NCBI RefSeq assembly: GCF_964204865.1
Contig: NC_135259.1
Location: 8,990,001 to 9,054,000, forward strand
Length of the DNA stretch: 64,000 nt
From: Styela clava
Lineage: Eukaryota
Direction: 5' to 3'
In this document: positions 1-11,929 of the stretch, in pieces
Layout: every line of letters starts with the position of its first letter
Position numbering within the stretch: position 1 is the stretch's first letter
The notes under the pieces: model-generated
Told to the model about the DNA's origin: nothing
The model's database searches: none
Seen by the model: only the letters and a program-made list of their open reading frames with translations
Position numbers and translations under genes: made by a program

Positions 1-503
1 ATACAATATTGTCCAATGCTTTATTTTAATCCTAAATACTCCACGTGATCTGACGTTGGTACAAGTCTTAATTTTATTTTTCACAGGTCAACAAGTTTGT
101 CAGTGGTAAAGTACGTTCCATATTCAAATATTTCGTCATATACAATAGCAAATTAGAAATGATGTTATTTTCAAATTCGGAAATAATTAAATTGTATTTT
201 TCTACTTCGTCCGATAACGTTAGATTTCATCAGAAGCGGTGTATTTGGATTCTTACTTAGATTTTGGAATGTTGTGGCTATCGTGAAAGGGCTTTACCCT
301 ATCAGTAACTCTGTAATGTTTGCGAAAACCAATCAAATGGCCTTCATCAATAATATCCGCAAACATATATAATCATATAAAAATTTCATGATATATTTGT
401 GATCCGTAACTAATAAACCTTACAGATTTTGAAATATGATATTGTACTTTAGCACAGCGAAGAAGAAAATGAACTTTGTGTATCTCACTTGGCGGTAAGA
501 ATG

Positions 504-588
504 GTTACATCATCGTCACCGCAGAAACATTTTACTATCTCACGATTGAGTTACGCTCTCGTTCTCTCGTTTGTCACGGGGAATCACC
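504..588 (+). promoter_or_regulatory. Putative bZIP / TTCTCTCGTT / NF-kB module upstream of gene 1
   Basis: GTTACATCA 504-512, TTCTCTCGTT 562-571, GGGGAATCACC 578-588; the same order recurs at other paralogues. Confidence 0.5.
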
Positions 589-861
589 TTTACGGTAAAG
601 CCGTATTTATTTATTCGTCAAATTATCGCTGCTTCAAAATCAATATATCTATTCTACATTGCTAACCAAATAGTGCGATTGGACTGAAAACCCCACTTTA
701 GATTATGTATTATCCGCTAAACTAAATATATGAACGACAAGACAGAATGTTCATCAAAGCAGTTAAACGAGATATTGTACGTAGAAAGGTATCAGACTAC
801 AAGTTTATAATATCGAGATTACTACTCATATTTTTGAAGAAAAAAAGTTTATCAAACCGCT

Positions 862-2662
862 ATGGCAAGCTTGGAGCTTTACATCAAGGTAATCTAAGGA
901 AATAATATAAGACCATAAGAAACATGAATTACGTGCATTATAGTAATTGACGGTTTCATACGGGAATGATCGTATTCTAAAGAATTACTTTTTGTAAACT
1001 TACCTATATTTGTGACCGATATTCATCCGTAGGCTCAATATGACGACGGAACAATAAGCTTATAACAGACTTTAGTAAATGGCCAGATGATATATTATGT
1101 AAATTTTCGTATAATATGGTTCTATTGATAGATGATATATTTTTGTGTCCCATCATATTTTTAAGTAATGAGTATATGTAGGTTTAAATATAAAAGTCTA
1201 ACGAGGTTTTTGTTTTTTTAGATTGTTGCATTATGCTCCGTCTGTCTTATCAGCGTATCTTCATTTGACCCTGAGTAAGTGTTTAGTTATGTTCGCCAAT
1301 TTTTCGTAATATATTTATCGGCGTTTTAAGATAGATTGAATTATTAAACTAATATCTAGTATTAATGTATTAATTAAATGTCATACATTGCATAATTTAG
1401 GGTAAAATTAATTCTGACTAGTGCGGTGCTAAAGAATTTAAAAAAAATTATTTATTTTGTTAAAAAATAACATTCATACAGAATTTTGGAATGGTATATA
1501 TGTCTATTTATTCGTATAAATAATACTCTTCATTAAAATCGTACGGTTCTTTAACAAATATTATCTTTTTCCTATAGCTCAGAGTTTATAAGAACTCACA
1601 ACTGCAAAGTCAATAAAACAGAAACAGTAGATGATGGATTTGCTTCTTATTACTTGCATGAGTGAGTACCGAATACATATTTCAACTTTCTAAGACAGTG
1701 TAAAAATGAGTCTGAATTTCCTACGTGCTTTGATTTATTTATCTGTTTTATTACAAAGCTAGTGATATTCTTATTCCGGCTGAGTAATACCACTCGGCAT
1801 TAATATAATTTTAGCTAGACACAGATTCCACATGTTTGTCGCAAAGAGCAATACTTTTTTATATTTTGCTTGGAGAATAAACTAGCTAATTTATACTTCC
1901 CTCCCTTTATAAAACCTTGCAAAATTTTACGATTCATTCATCTACGATATCCGTATTTTCAGGGTTAATTGTATAAACTTAGAGCCAAGTTCTTTCCCAA
2001 GCGCCATATGTTCATCCACAAGATGTCGCGAACCTATAAATGGAAAACCCTTGTCTGGCAAAAGATACGAACCAAAAGAAGTATTGTTTAAACTACACTT
2101 TGACAGTCGTCTAAATGGCAAATTCACAAAATCACTAACAGTTGCATGCAGGTATGTTTTTTATTTCATATTTTATTGCAATATTTAAATTACCCAATAT
2201 ACTAAAAATGCTAACTAGCATAAGAAATTGGTGTAATATTTAACCTCTCAATAAAACAAAAGTTGGGCAGCTATATATTGATAAACACAAGATTGAAAAG
2301 TAAACTATAATATGTTTTTCAACAAAGATCATTCTGAAAATGATTTTGTTTTGTTTTTTCTATTTTCAGTCAACTATCAAAAGTTAATTTAGATTTCAAA
2401 AGAGTATCTTATATTAAAGGTGTATGATTCCTCTTCGCCTTATTAATTAGAAATAGATCATACAATACTTCTTATGGCATCATAAATAATGAAATTTCAA
2501 ACAATAAAAGTGAACCAACATTTAATATTTTACTTTAGATGTGTCAAAGTCGAAAAATTGACTAAACGGCGAAAAGGAGGACGGGGCCGAAAGGGAGGAA
2601 AAGGCAAAGACAAGAAATCTCGTCGAGGAAAAAAAGCGAGAAAAGCTCACACAGACTCATAG
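862..2662 (+). CDS. IL-17-like secreted cystine-knot protein, cluster gene 1 (5 exons, 158 aa, polybasic C-terminal tail)
   Basis: Exons 862-888, 1222-1274, 1578-1661, 1963-2151, 2539-2662; all GT-AG and in frame. Protein: MASLELYIKIVALCSVCLISVSS-FDPDSEFIRTHNCKVNKTETVDDGFASYYLHEVNCINLEPSSFPSAICSSTRCREPINGKPLSGKRYEPKEVLFKLHFDSRLNGKFTKSLTVACRCVKVEKLTKRRKGGRGRKGGKGKDKKSRRGKKARKAHTDS. Signal peptide, C-x4-C and terminal VACRCV resemble IL-17 EAxC..C and VGCTCV. Confidence 0.85.
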
Positions 2663-3365
2663 TGCTTCATTGCCGAACTATTCAGACGTGATTGAAATTG
2701 AAAATGTTTTGTTATCTATTATTTATATATTATTTATCTATTTTTTCATGATTTCGTTTAAGGTAAAAATATTTAAAGCTGACTTTTGTTTTCACTATAT
2801 TCATACATATATATGAAATGCAATATTTTTTTGGGGAATCCAAGTTTGCTTCAGTGTTAAATCGTATAAAATATTTTCAAAAGTAATTATATTTATTATA
2901 TTTTCATGTATTTATTTATCAATTCTATTTATTATTTCCACTGAAAATTGTTCCTTCTTTTAAATATTTTTATAATTTTAATCGACCAAATTTATAGTTT
3001 TCTATTAGCTATTATTTCAACTGGTTTTATCGAAGTCATGGTGCTAAACTTTACATAATTTAATATATTTGTTATATTTGTGCTTCTAATAATTTTAAAT
3101 GAATTACTTTCTGCATAACATGGGCATCTATGATATAGTTGTAGATATGAAAAAGTTGAGTGGATAAGTTAATAACCGTTTTTTGAGGGATTTTGCTTAT
3201 GAGTGAAGTGTGAGTGCGAGTGGAATATTTACCTACGGCGGTAAGAACGATTACATTATCGTCACCACGATAATACTTATTATCTCATGCTTGAGCTGCG
3301 CTCTCGTTATATTGTTCTCTCACCTGTCACGGAGAATAACCTCATGCTTATTACAGACTTTAGTG

Positions 3366-3772
3366 CAGGAGTCGGAAACCTTTTGTCGCTCGCGTGCCAA
3401 AATTAAGGGGTGCGAGTCATTGACGGGCCGCACATATTTTTAGAAAGTTGAAAACCGAACGGATGATACGTTTTATAATAAAAATGAAGCAGTGATACAT
3501 CTCTCGAATAGAATATTGATTTATTTTCTCAATGCATCTCAAAAAATTGCATAGCATCTCAAAAAATTTCATTTGAATATTTTCGGCGCCATTGTACCCT
3601 TTGTATTTAGCATCACCTCTTCTGCGTTTAGTTGCCATTAATTAAACGAGTTCAATAAACGAGGAATTATGAATTTTAATATAATTCAGGGTACACGTGT
3701 CTCACAATAAATTCTGTTACGTATCATTCTGTTGGTCAAAACAGCTGTTGTGCTACTATAATTCAGTGAAGT
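3366..3772 (+). mobile_element. hAT/Charlie-type MITE, truncated copy
   Basis: Starts CAGGAGTCGGAAA; the interior (GGGCCGCACATATTTTTAGAAAGTT...GTCAAAACAGCTGTT...TATAATTCAGTGAAG) matches the complete copy at 51200-51613; the right TIR is absent. Confidence 0.7.
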
Positions 3773-4819
3773 GAATGAATTAATATTTTATAAATGGAAT
3801 TCGTTAGATTGCTGATTTATTGTAGTATGTTTTTATGTGACTCCTGTTTTAAACAAAAGGTTGTACGTATACGACGAATCTTACATGCTAATGTCTTTCG
3901 TGTTTATGTTCTATCCGCTAGGGGGTACACGAGAGGCAATTTATAATTGTTGATAAAATGACATTACATTTTCTCACCGTTCTCTGGCCCTCTATTTGAT
4001 AACTTTCAAATTGGAACGTCTATGTACCATTAATGGTTTTAAATGAATATGGTGGGTGTATTCATTCACTTTTGAATTTGATGCAATGTATTTTTGAATT
4101 TTAAAGTGAGATTGAGATAAATTCACGTTATAAGCAGTAAAAATAGACAGAAAATGGTTCAAATCCACGATAACAAAAGCTACTTTAAAATTTTTTATAG
4201 ACCAAAGTAAAATGAGCCGTCAATTAATGGTATGACGTAAAATTAGATTTTTTTTTCATAAAACCGGCGTTTGTAGTGTATATGTGTATAATATATATAA
4301 TATCTCCGTATTAATGTGATAACAAAAATTTGTTCGTAGTTTTCCAAATGCATTTGAGTGGCTTCGTGATACTTGGCGTCACATCAATTCAAGATATTTA
4401 AATTGTCCAGCGCAATACTCATAAATGAGAGAAAAAAGATGAATAATTGGCTTCCAACATTTCCCACACTCTACAGGGGGGGTTTTCGACGACGGAGTTC
4501 CGCAGTTACATTTCAGGATTAAGTTTACATTATTAAGTATAATTTTTCACGGGTATAGCAAATGTTATTAAACTTGTATCATTGTGTTTTGACAGTTTCA
4601 CATTATTAGAGAATGATTGTATAAATGTGTAATATATATTTATTTATATTTTATACAAATTTATATAGCCCTGCAGCCTTACAAGTATACTGTAGATAGG
4701 TGTGTAAAATAACGTATTGTAAACTATTGTATTGGGGTTCCCCAAACCTCCAGAATATTCCATAGAAGTTCCACTCCGTCTAAAAGGTTGAAAATGACCC
4801 GTTTATTGATTACATTCAA

Positions 4820-5346
4820 CATCGTTTCCCAAACCTATTTTCCCGGAACACCTACGCTTTTATCTCGCCACGCGGAACACCAAAAAATAAGAAGGTAATA
4901 TTGATAATGAAAGAATTGTGTAATGGATTTACCTTGTGCTCAACTTGCACAACTGGCTTATCGCGACATCTTTTGAGGTTTTCAGCTTTATTCAAACAAT
5001 TCATTGAAAAGGGTGCTCTCCAAAAATTTAGTCTATTGTAAAATAAAAAAGTTTACTTCAACCTTACCAATTGAAAAACTAGGCCGATAGTTAACGATAT
5101 TCAACGGTTCACAAAAATACCATGCTTTGCATACTGGCACGAGACCTGTTTACCTGCTTAGATAGCAAGGCCTGTCTGCCTTTATTCGCCAGTTGAAAGA
5201 CAAATTTACGACCCAGAGGCGTCGAAGTACGACCAAGATCGCCATGGCGGCCAATTTAATTGCAATTTCGATTACTGTTCCGCGGAACACTCCAAAGTAG
5301 CTCGCAAAACAGTAGTGTTCCGGGGAACACATTTTGAGAAACGCTG
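4820..5346. mobile_element. hAT-like MITE
   Basis: Imperfect TIRs CATCGTTTCCCAAA / TTTGAGAAACGCTG with subterminal GGAACAC repeats at both ends; no convincing TSD. Confidence 0.55.
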
Positions 5347-6087
5347 GACTACAGCTTTCCACAATGAGACTTATTCTCAGCACAATAAAACACCAGGATC
5401 GAGTATTTATTAATGTAAATCATTTTTTTGCATACGGGGGACTGGTCATGAATAAGCGAAATCATTGACACTGGTTTTGAAAAATGAACTTTAAGAACAG
5501 AATATTCGTTAATTGGCGTGGATTATGTTTTTATTCATAAATACAATATTGTCCAATGCTTTATTTTAATCCTAAATACTCCACGTGATCTGACGTTGGT
5601 ACAAGTTTTTTCACAGGTCAACAAGTTTGTCAGTGGTAAAGTACGTTCCATATTCAAATATTTCGTCATATACAATAGCAAATTAGAAATGATGTTATTT
5701 TCAAATTTGGAAATAGTTGTCGCTTAATAACGTTCGATTTCATCAGAGTCGGTCTATTTGGTTTCTCACTTAGATTTTGGAATGTTGTGGCTATCGTAAA
5801 AGGGCTTTACCCCATCGGTAACTTTTCATATTTCGAAATATTTCGTGGGCGTGACTGTATTGTTTGCGAAGACCAATCAAATGGTAGTTATCAAGAATAT
5901 TCCCAGCTATGTAGAATCATATAATCATTTTTGACATTCATTGCATGATATATTTGTGATCTGTACCCAATAAAGCTTACCGATTTTAAAATATTAGTTG
6001 AACTGTAGCACAGCGGTAAAGAAAGTAAACTTTGTGTATCTCACGTGGGATATTAGCGCGGAATACTTACCGACATCGTTAAAAATG

Positions 6088-6179
6088 GTTACATCATCGT
6101 CACCACAAAAACACTTATTATCTCACGCTTGAGTTACGCTGTCGTTATATCGTTCTCTCGTCTGTCGTGGGGAATAACC
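6088..6179 (+). promoter_or_regulatory. Putative bZIP / TTCTCTCGT / NF-kB module upstream of gene 2
   Basis: GTTACATCA 6088-6096, TTCTCTCGT 6153-6161, GGGGAATAACC 6169-6179. Confidence 0.5.
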
Positions 6180-6446
6180 TTCACGGAAAAGCCGTATTTG
6201 TTCGTCAAATTATCGCCGCTTTAAATCGATAACTATACTATACTGCTAACCAAAAAGTGAGATTCGGCTGAAACCCCCTATTTAGATTATGTATTATCCG
6301 CTAAACTAGATATATAAACGACAAGACAGAATGTTCATCAAAGCAGTTAAACGAGATATCGTACATAGAAAGGTATCAGACTACGAGTTTATAATATCGA
6401 GAATTCTACTCACTATTTATAACATAGAAAAGCATATTCAACCGCA

Positions 6447-8145
6447 ATGTCAAGCTTAAAGCTTTACGTCAAGGTAAGCCGTAGAAATAATATCATACCA
6501 TAAGAAACATGAATTATGTGCATTAGTGATTGACGGTTTTATATGGGACTGATCGTATTCTAATAAAATAACTGTTCGTAAATGTACATGTAGCCTATTT
6601 GTGACCGATATTGATCTGTAGGCTGAATATGACGACGGAGTAGTATGATTATAACAGGCTCTAGTACATGTCCAGATGATATAATATGTAATTTTTTAAG
6701 AGAAGATGGTACTAAATATTTTGTAAAATATGGTTGTATTGATAATGATATATATTCATGTGCCATCATATTTTTGAATAATAAGTACATGTGAGTGCTA
6801 ATATAAAATTTTAACGTGGGTTTTATTTTTAGATTGCTGCATTATGCTCCATCTATCTTATCAGCGTATCTTCATTTGACCCTGAGTAAGTGTTTAGTTA
6901 TGTTCACTAATTTTTCGTATTATCGGCGTTTTAAAATAGATTAAATAAATATCCAGTATTAAAGTATTAATGAAACGGCATATTTTGTAGATATTGGCAA
7001 ATAATTCAAATGCTCTTCAACAATATCGTATGGCTTATTAACAAATTCTATTTTTTTATAGTTCAGAGTTTATAAGAGCTCACAGTTGCGAAGTTGTCGA
7101 ATCAGAAAAAGTAGATGATGGATTTGCTTCCTATTACGTGCATGGGTGAGTACCCAGTGCATATTTCAAATTTACAAGAGGGGGTTAAAATGAGCCTGAA
7201 TTTTCCTCGTGTTTGATTTATGTATCTGGTTTATTATAAAGCTAGTGATTCCTTATTCCGGTTGAGTAACAACACTCGGCATATTAATATACTTTTAGAT
7301 GGACACAGTGTCAACAGGTTTGTCACAAAGGGCAATACATATTTAGTTTTTGCTTCAAAAAAAGGACAGCCCTTATGCAAATAAATGTATTCCTCCCTAC
7401 CATTAAAAAACTCAATATAATTTTACAATTTATTCATTTACGGTATTCGTATTTTCAGGATTGAATGTAAAAACTTATCGCCAAGTTTCTTCCGCAACGC
7501 AACATGTTCATCCACAAGATGTCGCGAACCTATAAAAGGAAAACATTTGTCTGACAAAAGATACGAACCAGAAGAAGTATTGTATATTCAAAACTTTGAC
7601 AGTCGACTCAGTGGAAAACTTTCACAATCACTAACAGTTGCATGCAGGTATGTTCCCTTTTTATATCATATTTTTAAATCACTAAAATACCAAAAGTATT
7701 AACTAAAATCAGACGATTGATGTAATATTCAACGTCTCAATAAAAGTTGAGCAACTATATATCGACAAACACAATATTGAAAAGTAAACCATAATATTTG
7801 TTCAACAAAGATCATTCCGAATAAGACTTTGTTAATTTTATTTTTTCCAGTCAACTATTAAAAATTGATTAAACATTTGAAGGTATGCTAAATAAAACAT
7901 GCATGATAATTCCTCCTTGAGTGCTTAACTTACACATAGAGAATACAATACCATTTGTAGTATTATATGCAATGAAATTTCAAACTAGAAAAGTAATCCG
8001 GAATTTAATTTTTTTTATCTTCAGATGTGTCAAAGTCGAAAAATTGACTAGACGGCGAAAAGGAAGAAAGGGCCGAAAACGAGGAAAAGGCAAAGACAAG
8101 AAATCTCGTCGAGGAAAAAAAGAAAGAAAAGCTCACAGAGAATAA
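6447..8145 (+). CDS. IL-17-like secreted cystine-knot protein, cluster gene 2 (recent duplicate of gene 1, polybasic tail)
   Basis: Exons 6447-6473, 6833-6885, 7062-7145, 7459-7647, 8025-8145. Protein: MSSLKLYVKIAALCSIYLISVSS-FDPDSEFIRAHSCEVVESEKVDDGFASYYVHGIECKNLSPSFFRNATCSSTRCREPIKGKHLSDKRYEPEEVLYIQNFDSRLSGKLSQSLTVACRCVKVEKLTRRRKGRKGRKRGKGKDKKSRRGKKERKAHRE. Confidence 0.85.
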
Positions 8146-10435
8146 TAATGCTCTATTGCCAAATTGTTCAGACGATGTTGAATTTGAAATTGTTTAGTTA
8201 CTTATTATCTGTTAATATATTTTTGTATTATTTATCTATTTTTTCATGCCTAATTCAAAAGTTAAAATTATTTGAAACTGACATTTTGTTTCTATTGTAT
8301 TCATACATATATATATGGAATACAATATTATTTTGCGGAATCCAAGTTTGCGTCAGTGTTGAATCATATAAAATATTTAAAAAACTTATTTATTATATTT
8401 TCGTATATTTATTATTTATCTATTTATTATTTCCACTGACAATTGTTCACGTTTTTAAATATTTTTATATTGTTGAGCGACCAAAATTTTATTGGCTATT
8501 ATTTCAACTAATTTTATTGAATTCATGGTACAAAAATTTATATGTTCGGAATATTTGCTATTTTGGTGCTGCCACTCATTTTGAATAAATTATTTTTTGC
8601 ATAACAAAAGATCGGCTTTATCAAAGTGAACTATGATATAGGCTCAGATAAGAAGGCCGAGTTTATAAACATGTCTTTGAGGGCTTTGGTTTTTGAGTGA
8701 ATCAATTGTTTTGTTTAAATGCATTGATTCTAAAACATGATACATTATAATATTGTATGCAAGTATGTATTCTCACAGAAACTATACAGACCTAAGGGAG
8801 AGAGAGAGAGAGCCGAAGTAAATTGTGTATAAAACTTAATCCAAATTTAATATTTATACAGTCTTGTTATAACAAATTTACGTTATATTCACTTAAATTA
8901 ATCGTAAAATTTCATCTAATATATAAATAAAAATAAAGTATTACATATTTATAAATCGTTTAAATGCTTCAAACAAAGCTCAAATATAAATGACGAAATG
9001 CCGTCAAATTTAATTATGACTATTTAATTGATTGGCTGTTTTGATCAGGTTTTGCTTCAAGTAATTCAATGTCGTCATTTCAATTCTTGTCATTGGGTTG
9101 CGATTGCAGATTAAAATGAAGTTAAATTACAATTCTAAAAATATATAGAGACAAGTAAAATTACAGGTGGTTCGTATTGAGTATTAGAATGGCGACCCCT
9201 ACTTAGATGTTGATTTGAAAATATTGTCTAAATATCAATAAATTTTACCTTGTAGTTGGATTAACCCCAACGTTTAAAGTCGATGATTCTTGCCTAATTT
9301 TCCCAGGTCAGAATTGCGCTCGAGGCTGTGCATTTACATTATTTGGCAATCGATAGTTTTAGAAGGTATTTAAATAAATTAGCACCAATTTTAAGCAAAT
9401 GAGTACAAAATCATTATTATGTAGGCATTTGGAGTTTTGTTAATTCAAAAAATATATTAGGAAAAAAAAAGTATTTTAGTTTCAGCAAATAAATTTCTTC
9501 AAAAGTAAACGTATATTTGCGCAAAATTTAGGCAAGTATACTTACTATTTTAAGAGTATTATTTCTGATACTAATTCCATCGCATTACTCTAAAAATAGA
9601 ACCTAATGCCTGCGCATAGGGATATTAAGAATATTATTTCAAGACCTTAGTATATAACAATGTCATACCAATAACTGAACTTTGTCTATATCATTTTGCA
9701 CATAATCTGGTTTTATTTTTTACATTCGAATTCCATCAAATATATATACTATATACGCACTGTTTAGTTATTTAAAACGCAGTATTCTTCTTGACGTCAT
9801 ATACCAAAAAATAGTTAATTTGAAAAACATTGTCGTGAGATAATCTTTTATTTGCGCGAGGAATTACTACGACAACAAATTTGTCACGTATTGGAAATGT
9901 ACTAGTACAGAAGTGTAAACTTTTGTGAAATACCGGTCTGTATATACCTATCAATTTGAAATAGTTTATAGAAACATCTATGTTTAGATACTTTTATAAA
10001 TTGTTGACTAATAATTTTACCCTGGCGGAACAATACCTAGGGTATTGTAATAAAAAACCTTTCAAATATTACTTGGGCATTGTAATATGGAAGCACCAGT
10101 GTGACAATAAAATGGAATTTACGTCTACATCTTTGAAAACATATGCTATAGCTAATTAATCAAATCGTCTTTATGGTGATCATGGACCTGAGAGACAATA
10201 TGTTTCACAAATTCGTGCACAATTTCTAACGGTAATGTTCTATTCCTAGAAGAATAACGAAAGGCGGAAATTGGCTGGCATGCACAGACAGTCTTGATTA
10301 CGTATTCGGCATATTCTCTGAAATTGAAATGTGTGCAGTTAATAATAATATATTATATTGGTATGATATCAATGAGTGCGTCAAGATCGTTACGTGAAAA
10401 ATCGTGACAGTGAAATTCGAGAGAATATTACTCCT

Positions 10436-10484
10436 ATTACGTAAATATTCTCTCGTTCTTACACACGTGTTAAAGGAAAGCCCC
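10436..10484 (+). promoter_or_regulatory. Putative bZIP / TTCTCTCGTT / NF-kB module upstream of gene 3
   Basis: ATTACGTAA 10436-10444, TTCTCTCGTT 10448-10457, GGAAAGCCCC 10475-10484 (reverse complement GGGGCTTTCC matches GGGRNWYYCC). Confidence 0.55.
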
Positions 10485-10735
10485 AATATTGTCGACTGCT
10501 GTGACTGCAACATTCGAAATAAAATAGCGCCCTAAAATAGACCGGAAAAGAATCAGAGTTCCAGTATTAAAGCCAGATTTTTTTTTAAAAATATTCCTAG
10601 ATACGAAAAAAAAGGAAAGTAATTTCGCAATGTATCGATCAAAGCTTTATAAAGCTCGCATGTCGGTCGAATTATCATTAAAATCATTAAACAGATGAAA
10701 CTAACAAAACAAGAAAAAGCGAGAAGAAATAATTT

Positions 10736-11929
10736 ATGAATTCCTGCACTAATAACATGGTAATGGATTTTTTTTTTAAATCGGCATACAGTATGTGATT
10801 AAAGTTATATTAATGTTGTATATTTTTGTTCTCACAGACAACTTCTGCGACTTTATTGGCTTTTCTTACTATGTTTGCATGGAGTACGACAATGGCCCTT
10901 TCAGGGTAAGTAGATCGAATTTGTGTGGTTATTTCGTAACGTGGGTGAAGCATTATAAATGCATATTTAGTTTAGTCGGCTCACAAGTCAAGCTCGTTAT
11001 GTATCCAAGGTACAATCTGTATTGTTTGTTACCCGGACGTGTATTATCAAGTCGCCCGTAATTTCTCTGCGCTATATATTAGCACTATATCATCTAACTA
11101 AATCATACCATCATATTTAAACCTAATTCAAATTTGATAGAATTTTTTTTTGAAAAAATACAATTGCTGTATGAATATAATTCAAAAGTATTACCTAACG
11201 TTCTATAATATTTCAATTCCAGGGCGGAATTTTCAAAAAATCATCGTTGTCAAGAATTTCTGGATGTTGAACTAAATGATAGATATGCACCGCATACCAT
11301 GAGATGGTAAGAAATAACTGAGATTGATTTGTGCCTGCTCTTGATAGAAATATTATATTAAAAATTATTAATTCATCGAACATTTTTCCGCAGTTTGTAT
11401 AATTTGAAGTTGATTGTTGAGGTAAAATATCAATTTTATCTCAACTCCAACATATCATCATTCATGGGAAAAATAATAATGTGCTTATACCGTATATACA
11501 CTAACATGATCCTTGTGATTTTGTAAAGGTTCGAATGTACGAACATGGTTCCCTCAACATACTCAAATACGACTTGTCCACTAAGATGTAGAGATCCTGA
11601 AACAAATCAGTTTCTACCTCTTTCAAGTTTCCGACAGCTGCCTGTATTTGCATGTGAAAGTTTTGAGGTCAGGAGAAATGGAAAAATTTTCAAAGAATCT
11701 GTTGCAATTGTAAAAGGGTGCAGGTGAATTAGTTTTTACTCAACATTTTTTTGGTTGAAGTATTTTAACATTGTAAAAAGTAAATAGGGATTTCTTAAAA
11801 AACAAGTCCACTACATTTCAATTAACACTACAGGATAAGCTATCAATTTTAATTTATTATTTTTTCATTTTATCTAGTTGTGTGGAAGCTGCAACTGCAA
11901 CTAGTAATACATATAGCGTCATGTGTTGA
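10736..11929 (+). CDS. IL-17-like secreted cystine-knot protein, cluster gene 3 (extra internal Cys and C-terminal Cys)
   Basis: Exons 10736-10759, 10838-10905, 11223-11306, 11529-11723, 11878-11929; TATAAA at 10648. Protein: MNSCTNNMTTSATLLAFLTMFAWSTTMALSGAEFSKNHRCQEFLDVELNDRYAPHTMRWFECTNMVPSTYSNTTCPLRCRDPETNQFLPLSSFRQLPVFACESFEVRRNGKIFKESVAIVKGCSCVEAATATSNTYSVMC. Confidence 0.85.

Larger units (their letters stand above)
1..8700 (+). repeat. Recent tandem segmental duplication carrying genes 1 and 2 (1-~3207 vs 5541-~8700)
   Basis: Base 1 onward (ATACAATATTGTCCAATGCT...) recurs at 5541. Promoter, introns, exons and 3' flank align until ..GAGTGA at ~3206 / ~8700. Confidence 0.92.

Noticed and set aside
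8148-8588. 146-aa hydrophobic ORF right after gene 2
   Set aside because: It is the AT-rich 3' UTR of gene 2; the paralogous region after gene 1 is not open, and the F/I/L/Y bias reflects base composition.
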